Assembly (NCBI GenBank): GCA_947627955.1
Contig: CANQXZ010000001.1
Span: forward strand, 120,477 to 184,476
Reading direction: 5' to 3'
Length of the DNA stretch: 64,000 nucleotides
Source: an uncultured Clostridia bacterium
GTDB taxonomy: Bacteria; Bacillota; Clostridia; Christensenellales; Borkfalkiaceae
The position numbers were made by a program, and so were the translations under genes. The notes under the pieces were generated by a model that was not told the DNA's origin, made no database searches, and was given only the letters and a program-made list of their open reading frames with translations. Shown in pieces: positions 29,981-39,723 of the stretch. Numbering within the stretch: position 1 is the first letter of the stretch; each line of letters begins with the position of its first letter.

Positions 29981-30997
29981 TTATCTGCAATTTATACTAT
30001 ATAAATTTTGCGATAAAATCAAGCCTTTTTGACCGTAAATTTCAAGTTTTGCCACGGCTCCGTCATTATCTTTTGCGTCGCCGCCATTCAGTGGAACCAC
30101 CTTAAAATCTATTTTTTCGTCGATTTTTACGGGAATAATGATATTTTCAGAGACTTTGCAAGGTACTATGCCAGACATAAATACCTTATTTTCGTCGATT
30201 TTTATGAGTTTATGGCTTTTAAGGCAGTAATCGAGAAGTTCCGTGCACCTGCCGTACATATCGGGGCAATCCAAAACCACGCACACCGCCTCCATTCCGT
30301 TCCTCTCGGCTGAGGCGACAAGGCATCTTCCAGCCTTAACGGTATAACCCGTCTTTACGCCCGTTGCGCCCTCGTACGAGGCGAGCAATTTATTTTTGTT
30401 TTGGAAACTTCTGAACTTGCCGACATACTTTGTAGTGGATACCACCTCTTTGAACGTCTTGTTGCGCATGGCGTAAGCCGCTATCCTGCAGAGATCCCTC
30501 GCCGTGGTGTAGTGTTCGTCGTCGGGAAGCCCGCTCGGATTTTTGAAATTGGTGTCTGCCGCCCCGATTTCAGCCGCCTTTTCGTTCATTTTTTCGGCAA
30601 ACTTTTCTATACTGCCGCTGTGGTGTATGGCGAGAGCGGCGGCGCTGTCGTTGCCCGAACGCAGCATAAGCCCGTAGAGTAAGTCCCTTACGTCGATCTC
30701 TTCGTCCTCTTTGAGATAGATACTCGAGCCGTCCGCGCCTACCGCGGCGTCGGGCACCGTTATCACCTCGTCGAGGTCGCAATCCTCTATTATTATGATC
30801 GCCGTCATGATCTTTGTGGTGCTTGCCATGGGGAGCCGCAAATCGGCGTTTTTCTCTTCGAGAACATATCCGCTCGTGAGTTCCATGGCGATCTCGGCGG
30901 CGGCGCCGCGTTCAGCCTGCGCCACCGAAGCGCCCGATACGGTAAGGCAGATCGCCGAGCAGGCGATAAAGCATGCCAATATACATTTTTTAAGCAT
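29981..30997 (-). CDS. D-alanyl-D-alanine carboxypeptidase (S11 family)
   Basis: Signal peptide MLKKCILACFIACSAICLTVSGASVAQA. Motifs SxxK (ASTTKIMT), SxN (RSGNDS) and KTG (KTGYT). The upstream extension in the ORF track was discarded. Confidence 0.85.
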   Translation of the reverse strand: MLKKCILACFIACSAICLTVSGASVAQAERGAAAEIAMELTSGYVLEEKNADLRLPMASTTKIMTAIIIIEDCDLDEVITVPDAAVGADGSSIYLKEDEEIDVRDLLYGLMLRSGNDSAAALAIHHSGSIEKFAEKMNEKAAEIGAADTNFKNPSGLPDDEHYTTARDLCRIAAYAMRNKTFKEVVSTTKYVGKFRSFQNKNKLLASYEGATGVKTGYTVKAGRCLVASAERNGMEAVCVVLDCPDMYGRCTELLDYCLKSHKLIKIDENKVFMSGIVPCKVSENIIIPVKIDEKIDFKVVPLNGGDAKDNDGAVAKLEIYGQKGLILSQNLYSINCR

Positions 30998-31364
30998 TGT
31001 CGGACAATTTTTTAACGAGCTCTCCCGTCTTTTCGACAAGGGCGTCAATTGTGCCCTCTTCCATTCTGAGGAGACGGCAGCCCGTGCCGTCGTCCACAAG
31101 AAAGCCCTTCGGCTTGACCGTGACCACAGTGCCGTTGCCGCCCGCCATTTTGAACCCGTCGCTCTCCTTATAAGTTTTGACGTCGCCGTACTCGCCGCCC
31201 CCGCTCAGGTTGACCACCGTCACCGCCGACAGCGGGATTATCTGCGTGCCGCTCGCCGTGATTATCGACTTGCCCACTACAGTATCTGCCTCGGCGACCT
31301 TTTCTATGGAAATCTGGGGCGCCTCGAATTCGTTTTTGTTGGTCTTTTTAATCTTTGTATGCAT
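30990..31364 (-). CDS. ytfJ: sporulation protein YtfJ (GerW family)
   Basis: 124 aa. The IPLSAVTVVNLSGGGEYG ... GGNGTVVTVKPKGFLV pattern is typical of YtfJ. Confidence 0.8.
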   Translation of the reverse strand: MHTKIKKTNKNEFEAPQISIEKVAEADTVVGKSIITASGTQIIPLSAVTVVNLSGGGEYGDVKTYKESDGFKMAGGNGTVVTVKPKGFLVDDGTGCRLLRMEEGTIDALVEKTGELVKKLSDNA

Positions 31365-31896
31365 TTAATTTCTCCAATAACAATATCAATAATATTTTGC
31401 CCACGACAATCGAATTGATTATCGTAACGGCTTTTAAGTAATACCTCACGTATCCGTGTTCGGCGTTTAAAACGGCATAATTTCTGAGCTTGCAATAATG
31501 CCCGTTCACCTGAATGAACTTGTATATAGCCGTAGTCAGCGCGCTCTGCGCGAGCGCCAGATGCGCGTTTTTGCTCTCCTTTACCCCATAGTCGCCGAGT
31601 TGGACTATCTTGTAAAGGCACAGACTGTTGAATATCTTATAGGCGCTTTTGCGGATATTTTTCGGGTCTGCCTTTTTGTTTTTGCCGTTTACCTGCATCT
31701 CGCCCGGTTTGCCCTCGATGGTATTCGCGTTGTAAAACGCAAATATCCTATATGCGCAGACGTTTATCCCTGCAAACTTTTTTTCGGTGTCGATAAACAC
31801 GTAGTTGAATATGTGTACGGGAAAAACAGCGAGGGCGAAACCGATAGCCGACAGATAGACCATCGCTTCGTCCATACGATTATTATTTGTAAACAT
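31348..31896 (-). CDS. DUF2953-like membrane protein (YtfI-like position)
   Basis: 182 aa with an N-terminal TM helix. It overlaps and precedes ytfJ, as in other spore formers. Confidence 0.5.
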   Translation of the reverse strand: MFTNNNRMDEAMVYLSAIGFALAVFPVHIFNYVFIDTEKKFAGINVCAYRIFAFYNANTIEGKPGEMQVNGKNKKADPKNIRKSAYKIFNSLCLYKIVQLGDYGVKESKNAHLALAQSALTTAIYKFIQVNGHYCKLRNYAVLNAEHGYVRYYLKAVTIINSIVVGKILLILLLEKLNAYKD

Positions 31897-31940
31897 AATT
31901 TTTATATACTTTACTTACGGCAAATAGCTCGGGCGAGGGC

Positions 31941-31974
31941 AAACAAAGATCCGCCCGGCTTGAAGTCGGGCGGA
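31941..31974 (-). terminator. terminator after scpB
   Basis: TCCGCCCG/CGGGCGGA stem followed by TCTTTGTTT on the minus strand. Confidence 0.65.
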
Positions 31975-32009
31975 CGTTAAAAATTTTATCAAACTGCAAA
32001 ATGCGAAAT

Positions 32010-32732
32010 TCAGCCTATCTTTATGATCTCGTCGTCGTCATCATCTATAAAATCGGGCAACTCGTAGCCGTCCTCGGTAGTGCGCGGCGCGGGCTTTTCC
32101 TCTTTTTTGTCCGCGACGCCGCCCTCTTCAACCGAGGGCTCTTCCACATACTCCTCCTTTTTATAGAGATAGTTCGCGTCTTCCTCTTCCTCCTCGTTGA
32201 GAGACGCCCGCATTTCCGCTATCTGGGACATCAGCGAGTTGTAATCTGGCAACTCCTTTATCGAATTGAGCTTGAACCGCCTTAAAAAGTTATCCGTCGT
32301 GGCATAGAGAATGGGTTTGCCCACCGCGTCTTTTCTGCCGTAGGGATATATCATGTCATGTTCAAGAAGCGTATGTATCGCATAATCGCAGCTCACCTGC
32401 CGTATCTCCTCTATCTCGGGCTTTGTGATGGGCTGTTTATAGGCTATTATAGCCGCACACTCGAGCAGCGCTTTGCTAAGTTCCTTTTCCTTGACGGGTT
32501 TAAGCACCTCGGCTATCTGCCCGCTGTACTTGGGATTGGAGGCAAATTGGAGCTTCCCGTTGAAGGTTATCAGAACTATGCCGTTGTCCTCCCCGTAACG
32601 CTCTTTGAGCTCGGTTATCGCGGCATTTACCTCTTTTAAGGTGCATCCCAGCTTTTCAACTATGTATTTTACGGGAACTTCCGCGCCCGAGGCGAAGACT
32701 ATCCCCTCAATTATATTCGTCAAATTGTTCAT
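32010..32732 (-). CDS. scpB: segregation and condensation protein B
   Basis: 240 aa with N-terminal IIEGIVFASGAEV, tandem winged helices and an acidic tail. Confidence 0.9.
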   Translation of the reverse strand: MNNLTNIIEGIVFASGAEVPVKYIVEKLGCTLKEVNAAITELKERYGEDNGIVLITFNGKLQFASNPKYSGQIAEVLKPVKEKELSKALLECAAIIAYKQPITKPEIEEIRQVSCDYAIHTLLEHDMIYPYGRKDAVGKPILYATTDNFLRRFKLNSIKELPDYNSLMSQIAEMRASLNEEEEEDANYLYKKEEYVEEPSVEEGGVADKKEEKPAPRTTEDGYELPDFIDDDDDEIIKIG

Positions 32733-33528
32733 CGGTTATTTCCTTCTGGTCCCATTCGGGATTGAGTTTTATTGTGATCGCGCCGAAGTTATCGGTCTGC
32801 TCGACCATTACGAATTGGTGTTTGAGCATTTCGAGCAGGGCTTGGAACGTCGTAATGACTTCACTGCGCGAAAAGGCGGAAAACAGGCTCTCAAACTCGA
32901 CTTCCTTGTCCGAAATAAGCCTTTCGCGGATATAGTTTACCTTTTCTTCTACGGTATAGCTATCCTTGGGGATCTCCTTAATCTTCTCCTTTTCGCGCAT
33001 CATGCTCTCGTTTCTAAGCATCATGTTAGCAAACGCTCGAAGGAGCCCGTCTACGGTGAAATCCTTATAGACTACATTCACCCCTTCCAGATCTTTGTCG
33101 GGCTCTTTGAAGTAATAGCCCACCGTTTCCATGTCCTTCAATTTGGGAGTTTCCTTCATTATCAGCTCGTACTCCCTGCGCTTGAGTTCTTCTATCAGCG
33201 CCTGCTTTTCCTCTTCCGCGCCGCCTATTTCCTCGCCGAGGACCTCCACGACGGGCACTATGCTCTTAGACTTGATGTAGACTATCTGCGCGGCGAGCGC
33301 GAGATACTCGCTCTCTTTATCCACGTCGCGCCGCGGGAGGGTCTTCATGTACTCTATATAGTCGAGAAACTGGTCTGTGACCTTTGACACGAACACGTCC
33401 TCGATCCTTATTTTCGAAATGTTGATAAGGTGAAGCAAGAGGTCCAACGGACCTTCGAAATCGTCGAGGACGGTGTTATAATCGACTATCGATTCAAAAT
33501 CATCGTATTTTTCAGCCATAAAAACCAC
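32707..33528 (-). CDS. scpA: segregation and condensation protein A
   Basis: 273 aa with the FEGPLDLLLHLI motif. It overlaps scpB. Confidence 0.9.
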   Translation of the reverse strand: MVFMAEKYDDFESIVDYNTVLDDFEGPLDLLLHLINISKIRIEDVFVSKVTDQFLDYIEYMKTLPRRDVDKESEYLALAAQIVYIKSKSIVPVVEVLGEEIGGAEEEKQALIEELKRREYELIMKETPKLKDMETVGYYFKEPDKDLEGVNVVYKDFTVDGLLRAFANMMLRNESMMREKEKIKEIPKDSYTVEEKVNYIRERLISDKEVEFESLFSAFSRSEVITTFQALLEMLKHQFVMVEQTDNFGAITIKLNPEWDQKEITDEQFDEYN

Positions 33529-33534
33529 CCTTGC

Positions 33535-34263
33535 TCAATACCAACCCAAAGTCGGCAGCCCATAACCGAACACTGCGTACCACACAAGTTTTATGGGATA
33601 CCCGAGTATTTCGGTAGCGAACCAATGTACATAGCCCAAAATATCGAAGTATTTCGCGTAATAGAGTACGGTATACCTCTCTATTACCGAACAGAGAAAA
33701 CTCTCCACCACCAACGCTATCAGAATGTATCTTCCGTAGTTTTTCAGAAATCTGTGCACGGGATTCACTTCCCTCGTAAGCGACTCCACTATCCTGAACC
33801 CGTCGAGAGGGTATAGCGGCAGCAAATTGAACACAAAAACGCTGAGGCTGTAACTGTATATGAGCCAAAATGTCATCCATAAGAAATATTTTACATAGAC
33901 GCCGTATCCCGTACCCGAAGGGAAAAATTGCAATATCAAAAGATACAGGGCAAACGAAATGAAAGCTATGATGTAGTTCACGACCACGCCGGCGATGGAA
34001 GTCAGAAACATACCGCGGCGATAGTTATGGAAATTGTACGGATTGACGGGAACGGGTTTAGCCCAGCCGAATCCCGTGAGAACGCAGAGCACAAAACCGT
34101 ACGGGTCGAGGTGCCTCAGCGGATTCAGGCTCATCCTCCCCCGCATCTTCGCCGTCGGATCGCCGCACTTATAGGCGACGTACGCGTGCGCGTACTCGTG
34201 CGGGGCAAAAATGAAAATTATTGCGACGAGAGCCGCCACATAATAGATAATATCAGAAATCAT
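33535..34263 (-). CDS. site-2 protease (M50) family membrane metalloprotease
   Basis: HExxH motif (HEYAHAYVAYKCGD) in a polytopic protein. The ATG at 34263 overlaps the lysA stop (ATGA). The longer ORF-track start was discarded. Confidence 0.8.
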   Translation of the reverse strand: MISDIIYYVAALVAIIFIFAPHEYAHAYVAYKCGDPTAKMRGRMSLNPLRHLDPYGFVLCVLTGFGWAKPVPVNPYNFHNYRRGMFLTSIAGVVVNYIIAFISFALYLLILQFFPSGTGYGVYVKYFLWMTFWLIYSYSLSVFVFNLLPLYPLDGFRIVESLTREVNPVHRFLKNYGRYILIALVVESFLCSVIERYTVLYYAKYFDILGYVHWFATEILGYPIKLVWYAVFGYGLPTLGWY

Positions 34264-35573
34264 CACTTTAACCTTTCGGGAATCGCGTCGTTGCGGATCA
34301 TATCCTCGTATGTCTGGGGCTTGACTATATAATCGGCTTCGCCATCGCATACAAGCACCGCGGGCGGCACGGGATTGCGGTTGTAGTTGCTCGCCATCGA
34401 ATAGTTATAAGCCCCCGTCGTGAGCACCGCCATAATGTCGCCCGTCATCGCCTCGGGCAAGGGCGCGTCAACGGCGATAATGTCGCCGCTCTCGCAGCAT
34501 TTCCCTGCGACGGTCACCTTTTCGGTGCACTTCTCGCCCGCCCTGCCGGCAAGCAGAACGGTATATTTTGACTTATAGAGGGCGTAACGGGGATTTTCGA
34601 ACATGCCACCGTCCACCGCAACGTACTTTCTTATGCCCGGGATCTCCTTTATTGCGCCGACGGTATACAGCGTAGTACCCGCCTCGCCCACTATCGACCG
34701 CCCCGGCTCCAATTCGAGATAGGGCAGTTTCAAGCCGAGTTCCCCGCATTTGCGCTTTATCTCGTCGGTCACGGTCTTTATAAATGCCTCGTAATCGGAA
34801 GCGCCGAGCTCGGGGTCGTCGGAGTTGTACCACACTCCGAAACCGCCGCCGAGATTCAAAACTTCGGCTTCATAACCTGCGTGCTTTGCGATCGCCATGA
34901 AGTCCAAAACCTTAGAAGCCGCCGCGGCAAAGGACTGCTTTTCGAAGATCTGGGAACCTATATGGCAGTGATAGCCCATAAAACGCAAACTGTTCTTCCC
35001 GGCAACGTGCGCCGTCATGCGCAGCGCGGCGCCGTCCGAGACGGAGAACCCGAATTTACTGTCCGTCTTTGCCGTCTGCACATATTCGTGGGTATGCGCC
35101 TCCACTCCCGGATTGATCCTTATAAGCACGTCCTGAACGATATTTCTTTCAGCCGCGAGGACGTCCAAAACGTCCGCCTCGATTTGAGAATCGAGTACAA
35201 CCGTGCCGATTTTATTGTCAAGGGCATATTTCAATTCTTCTAAAGTCTTGTTGTTGCCGTGCATGCACACGTCGCAAGCGGGAAATCCCGCCGAAACGGC
35301 GGTGTAAAATTCCCCTCCCGAGACCACGTCGGCGCCCAATCCTTCAGACTGCGCTATTTTGTACATCGCAAGACAGGAAAACGCCTTCGAGGCGTACAGC
35401 ACTTTGCCGTGACCGCCGTATTCGCGGTCAAGAGCGCTTTTGTAGACGCGCATCATGTTTCTGATACGCGCCTCGTCAAAGACGTAAAGCGGAGTGCCGA
35501 ACCGCTTTGCAAGCTCCACGGCGTCCGCCCCGCCGATCATGAGATGTCCTCTTCCGTTAACGTCGATCTTCAT
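34263..35573 (-). CDS. lysA: diaminopimelate decarboxylase
   Basis: 436 aa fold-III PLP decarboxylase. YASKAF carries the PLP lysine. Also has GGGFG and CESGD motifs. Confidence 0.95.
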   Translation of the reverse strand: MKIDVNGRGHLMIGGADAVELAKRFGTPLYVFDEARIRNMMRVYKSALDREYGGHGKVLYASKAFSCLAMYKIAQSEGLGADVVSGGEFYTAVSAGFPACDVCMHGNNKTLEELKYALDNKIGTVVLDSQIEADVLDVLAAERNIVQDVLIRINPGVEAHTHEYVQTAKTDSKFGFSVSDGAALRMTAHVAGKNSLRFMGYHCHIGSQIFEKQSFAAAASKVLDFMAIAKHAGYEAEVLNLGGGFGVWYNSDDPELGASDYEAFIKTVTDEIKRKCGELGLKLPYLELEPGRSIVGEAGTTLYTVGAIKEIPGIRKYVAVDGGMFENPRYALYKSKYTVLLAGRAGEKCTEKVTVAGKCCESGDIIAVDAPLPEAMTGDIMAVLTTGAYNYSMASNYNRNPVPPAVLVCDGEADYIVKPQTYEDMIRNDAIPERLK

Positions 35574-35603
35574 ATGTTTGTCCTGCCGAATATGTACTTT
35601 AAT

Positions 35604-35633
35604 ATTCTAACAAAGGCAAAACCCCGTTGTCAA
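35604..35633 (-). promoter_or_regulatory. candidate sigma-A promoter for lysA
   Basis: Minus strand has TTGACA (35633-35628), an 18-nt spacer, then TAGAAT (35609-35604). Confidence 0.4.
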
Positions 35634-35663
35634 ATATTTTAAATACATTATTATATAAATGCA

Positions 35664-35694
35664 CAAAATAAGGCGCGCGATATAACGCGCGCCT
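35664..35694 (-). terminator. terminator after the second D,D-carboxypeptidase gene
   Basis: AGGCGCGCG/CGCGCGCCT stem with a 6-nt loop, then TTATTTTG on the minus strand. Confidence 0.7.
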
Positions 35695-35712
35695 CTACAT
35701 ATTGTAATTTTT

Positions 35713-36873
35713 TCACAGAGCCCAATTTTCGCCCGCGAGTCTGAAGTAATCGCCGAAATTTGCTCTTTCCACCGATTCAGCGGCGACCACGTTCACCCTG
35801 TCGGCAAGCACGCCGTCGCGGTATACCTCGATTTCGCCCACCACCTGACCTTCTGCAACGGGAGCCTTTACTTTAAAGGGCTTTACGGTGTGACTGATCT
35901 CCGGCGACTTGTCGACCGCGGAAAAGACATAGCTGTTGCGCTCGGGTCTCACTGCGACCGAACCCTTCTTTCCGCCTGCAACCGCAAATTCGTCGTTTAA
36001 GGTAACATCCTTGTCGAGAACAATGCGGTTTCTGTAATTTGCGAAGCCGTACTCGAACATCTTCACGGTAGAATCGAAGCGGTTATCGCTCGAATCGGCG
36101 CCGAGCACCGCAGAAATAAGGCGCATATTGCCCTTCTTTGCCGTACATGCGAGGCAGTAACCCGCTTCATTGGTAAAGCCTGTCTTCCCGCCGTCGCAAT
36201 AGCCGTACCGCCTTATCAGCTTATTCGTGTTGGTCATCGTCGTCTTTCTGTCGCCGGGATGGATAAAATCTTCCAGCCAGATCTTGCTGTACTCAAAATA
36301 ACCGACATGCGAAATGAGCCCGCTGTACATCAACGCCACGTCTTTCGCACAGGAATACTGCGTTTCGCGCGGCAGACCCGTGCAGTTTGCAAAGAGCGTA
36401 TCGTTACAGCCAAGCTCCTTGGCTTTTTTGTTCATCCGCGAGACAAACTCTTCCTCGCTTCCGCACAGTTTTTCGGCAAGCGCGACGCAGCTGTCGTTTG
36501 CAGAGCATACGATTATCGATTTGACGAGCTGACCTGCTTCATAGGTCGCGCCGCTCTCGAGAAATACCTGCGATCCCCCCATTCCCGCGGCTTTGCGGCT
36601 GACAGTAACGCTGTCGGAAAGCGATAGCGCGCCGTCTGCCACGGCGTCGAAGCACAGTGTCAGCGTCATCACCTTGCACACGCTCGCTATCGGCATGTGC
36701 GCCGTTTCGTTTTCACTGTATATGCATTTTTTCGAGTCGTAATCCATCAAATATGCCGACTTACAGCCTTCGGTAAGTTTGTCGGCGGCAGGCTTCAAAT
36801 CGGCAAACCCGCCTGAAATCCCTGCCGAAACAGCCATGCACGAGGCAAGCAGCATTCCCAATAATCCGTTCAT
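35713..36873 (-). CDS. D-alanyl-D-alanine carboxypeptidase (S11 family, DacF/DacB-like)
   Basis: 386 aa with SxxK (ASVCKVMT), SxN (CSANDS), KTG (KTGFT) and a C-terminal PBP5-type beta domain. Confidence 0.85.
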   Translation of the reverse strand: MNGLLGMLLASCMAVSAGISGGFADLKPAADKLTEGCKSAYLMDYDSKKCIYSENETAHMPIASVCKVMTLTLCFDAVADGALSLSDSVTVSRKAAGMGGSQVFLESGATYEAGQLVKSIIVCSANDSCVALAEKLCGSEEEFVSRMNKKAKELGCNDTLFANCTGLPRETQYSCAKDVALMYSGLISHVGYFEYSKIWLEDFIHPGDRKTTMTNTNKLIRRYGYCDGGKTGFTNEAGYCLACTAKKGNMRLISAVLGADSSDNRFDSTVKMFEYGFANYRNRIVLDKDVTLNDEFAVAGGKKGSVAVRPERNSYVFSAVDKSPEISHTVKPFKVKAPVAEGQVVGEIEVYRDGVLADRVNVVAAESVERANFGDYFRLAGENWAL

Positions 36874-36901
36874 GCTTTAAGTATGCGGAGCATGCGCATT
36901 T

Positions 36902-37441
36902 TTATACTATAATTATCACTACCCTGAAGAGGGCGTTTATCAAAACCGCATACACCGCGCAATCGGCGACTGCAAGGGCGAGCGGGACGAAAAAGCAAAA
37001 TCTTCTGTCTATGCCCCTGCAAAACTCGGCGACGAGAAAACAAAGCGCAAGGGACATCAAAGCGGCGGGAATGAACACGAACACCGCCACGACGAGCCCG
37101 CCGAAGGAATTTATCCCTATCAGAATTACCGAGTATATCCCCAAAAACAGCCCGCGCAAAAAGACGAAAATTAGCGTAAGATACTTGAATTTGGTAAAAT
37201 ATGAAATACAAAAAATTACGTAGAGGTAAACGATGTCGCTTAAAATATGCGTAAGAAGAAGCGGCGAATTTTTAAAATTATATACGTTGTAGACGTAATC
37301 CGAGGCAAAATCCCTCAGATATGGGTTCATAGTAACAGGTTTGTAGAGTACTATGCCACATATAATAGCGCAAATCAGAGTAATTGCGAACGCCAATAAA
37401 AATTTTTTATCGGGTTTTGAGCAACAAATAAAATTCCTCAT
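36902..37441 (-). CDS. polytopic membrane protein, possibly stage II sporulation protein M-like
   Basis: About 5 TM helices. FLRGLFLGIYSV...GGLVVAVFVFIPAALMSLALCFLVA resembles the SpoIIM core, judged from memory. The ORF-track start at 37447 is TTG, and the ATG at 37441 seems more likely. Confidence 0.45.
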   Translation of the reverse strand: MRNFICCSKPDKKFLLAFAITLICAIICGIVLYKPVTMNPYLRDFASDYVYNVYNFKNSPLLLTHILSDIVYLYVIFCISYFTKFKYLTLIFVFLRGLFLGIYSVILIGINSFGGLVVAVFVFIPAALMSLALCFLVAEFCRGIDRRFCFFVPLALAVADCAVYAVLINALFRVVIIIV

Positions 37442-37677
37442 ATACAATTATATGAGGAACCGCCCGTCAATATGAACCGAGCATTTTGTCTATTCCTATT
37501 CCGTATCCGCGCGTAGGGTCGTTTATGAATACGTGAGTAAATGTCAATAAGTTATAGGCGATTTTTTAAGTTTTTTTTGTCGAGCGGCATAGAAATCTGT
37601 CACATTTTCAGCTCCAGACTACAAACTTGATGACATTTACCTCGTTGCCGTAATTGAAAGAGGTAAAATTACGATAT

Positions 37678-38001
37678 TCAATAACTGTTTGCAATCAGCA
37701 ATCTTTTTCCGTTGCTTCTTAAATACTCTATATACTCAAATAATTGTTTAATGTTTCGTGTCATCCTATCAGAACTGGATGTAATAACTGCTTCCCACTT
37801 TGCGGTCTTACTGTCCTCCATCAATTGTGCCAATGTTATACGTTTGGTGGTTTTTCCCAATTCCTCTTTCTCAATGTAGGTCTTAACTACTGTCAAACCA
37901 TTTTCTTTTGCAAATTTTTGACATATGAAGATTTGTTTATCAATGGCTTCCTGTAATTGATAGTCCCCCCTTACTCGGATATATAATGCTGCTTCTTTCA
38001 T
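37678..38001 (-). CDS. stand-alone resolvase-catalytic-domain-like protein lacking the serine nucleophile
   Basis: 107 aa behind a perfect AGGAGG RBS. AALYIRVRGDYQ aligns with the AxYxRxSxxxQ motif of the two neighbours (YLRLSREDGD / YLRLSKEDGD), but the Ser position is Arg-Gly. SSSDRMTRN aligns with the DLSRFGRN motif. No DNA-binding domain is present. Confidence 0.6.
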   Translation of the reverse strand: MKEAALYIRVRGDYQLQEAIDKQIFICQKFAKENGLTVVKTYIEKEELGKTTKRITLAQLMEDSKTAKWEAVITSSSDRMTRNIKQLFEYIEYLRSNGKRLLIANSY

Positions 38002-38010
38002 TTTATCCTC

Positions 38011-39723
38011 CTAAATTGATTTAAATTTAGCTACGGTTTCAATATCCGTATAACTCTCTACAATCTTTACTGCTCTCGCAAATTCATCATGGAAATTAAA
38101 TTTAATACTTACTCCGCCGTCGTTGTAAATGTAGATCATTTCAACAAGGTCCACGATAACGGCTCGACTTAATGTTGTAATATTTTCGTATTTCTTAAGA
38201 TCCATAAATAAGTTATTCTTATTAATGCATTCAAGACTGGACTCCTCTATCTTCTCCTGAAGCATCTTAATGCGAGCATCCAATATAGATATTTTTTCAG
38301 TATATTCACGCTTAAAAATCATGTACTGCTCACGCGATATCATTTCACTTTTTAAGTCTATATATAATTCATTTTGAAATTTTAATGCTTGTTCCCGCTG
38401 TTTCTCACATTCCGCTATCTCTCTTCTTAGTTCAATGACTGCAATATTATCGAATTTTTTATCCTTTATCGTTTGTAAAATGCTCTCAAGTTCCAAACCA
38501 AGCGAAACATACTTTTTTATAGCCTCTAAAACAATTTCATTTAGTTTTTTTACGCGAATTGCATGACGAGAACATTCTTTCCATTGCAAATAAGATCCAC
38601 AAACAAAATAGTAAAGTGGATTATTTTTATCCATACACCCAGTACGTTGCATGGCTCTACCGCATTCATGGCATCTAATATAGCCAACATATATAGCTCC
38701 AGTTTCTAAGTCATTTTTAACTTGTTCGCCAAGTCCCTTATGTTGCCACGTATCATGCTTAAATCTTTCCTGAACCTTATCAAATGTTTCATTATCAATG
38801 ATAGGTTCGTGTGTTCCCTCCTTTATAATATAGTTCTCTTTAGGAACTGCAATGCACTTTCGAACCTTGTGACTTATGGTTTGGTGCGTTCCCTGAACCA
38901 TTGTCCCAATATACATCGGATTTTTCAGCATTCGTCTAATAGTTTGAGTTGACCAACCAGTATTTTCTCTTTTAAATTTTAGTTTATTATTGTTGTTGAT
39001 CCCTTTGCTTGTTTTGTAATCAGTTGGGTTCAATATACCCAACTCTTTTAATTTAAGAGCGATATTATAGATGCTGAGACCATCCAAAAACAGTCGAAAA
39101 ATAAGTCTCACATTCTCAGCAGCCTCTTCATCAATAATAAGTTTATGATGATCATTGGGATCTTTAAGGTATCCATATAACGCAACTGAGCCAATATAAT
39201 CACCGTGTTTCCTTTTAGCATTAAAAGAGCTTCGAATCTTTGAAGATATGTCTCGTGCGTATTCGTCATTCATAACATTTTTAAATGACACGGTGGAGTT
39301 TTTAATTGATTGCGGATTTGAATAACTATCAATATTATCGTTTACAGAAATAAAACGCAGTTTGAGCAACGGGAATACTACTTCAAGGTAGCGTCCCGTT
39401 TCATGATAATTACGTCCGAACCGCGATAAATCTTTTACAATTAGACAATTAACTTTTCTACTTTTTATATCCTCTAATAGCCTCGTCATATTCGGACGAT
39501 TAAAATTTGTTCCCGTGTATCCATCATCAATGTAAGTGTCATATATTTCGAGTTCCGGATACTTCTCAAGATATCGATCAATGATTTTGCGTTGATTTGC
39601 AATACTATCACTTTCCAACTTATCTCCGTCTTCACGGGACAATCTCAGGTATATTCCACATTGCCACGATATTTGATTGGCTACACTTCTTTCCACATAT
39701 TTGCTTACTCTACCTAAACTCAT
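38011..39723 (-). CDS. large serine recombinase
   Basis: 570 aa with IYLRLSREDGD (39654-39622), VKDLSRFGRN, a recombinase domain, a Zn-ribbon (CHECGRAM...CGSY) and a coiled coil. The ATG overlaps the upstream stop (ATGA). Confidence 0.93.
   Translation of the reverse strand: MSLGRVSKYVERSVANQISWQCGIYLRLSREDGDKLESDSIANQRKIIDRYLEKYPELEIYDTYIDDGYTGTNFNRPNMTRLLEDIKSRKVNCLIVKDLSRFGRNYHETGRYLEVVFPLLKLRFISVNDNIDSYSNPQSIKNSTVSFKNVMNDEYARDISSKIRSSFNAKRKHGDYIGSVALYGYLKDPNDHHKLIIDEEAAENVRLIFRLFLDGLSIYNIALKLKELGILNPTDYKTSKGINNNNKLKFKRENTGWSTQTIRRMLKNPMYIGTMVQGTHQTISHKVRKCIAVPKENYIIKEGTHEPIIDNETFDKVQERFKHDTWQHKGLGEQVKNDLETGAIYVGYIRCHECGRAMQRTGCMDKNNPLYYFVCGSYLQWKECSRHAIRVKKLNEIVLEAIKKYVSLGLELESILQTIKDKKFDNIAVIELRREIAECEKQREQALKFQNELYIDLKSEMISREQYMIFKREYTEKISILDARIKMLQEKIEESSLECINKNNLFMDLKKYENITTLSRAVIVDLVEMIYIYNDGGVSIKFNFHDEFARAVKIVESYTDIETVAKFKSI

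Noticed and set aside
35574-35633. Lysine riboswitch upstream of lysA
   Set aside because: The leader between the candidate promoter and the ATG is about 30 nt, and no L-box conserved elements are visible.
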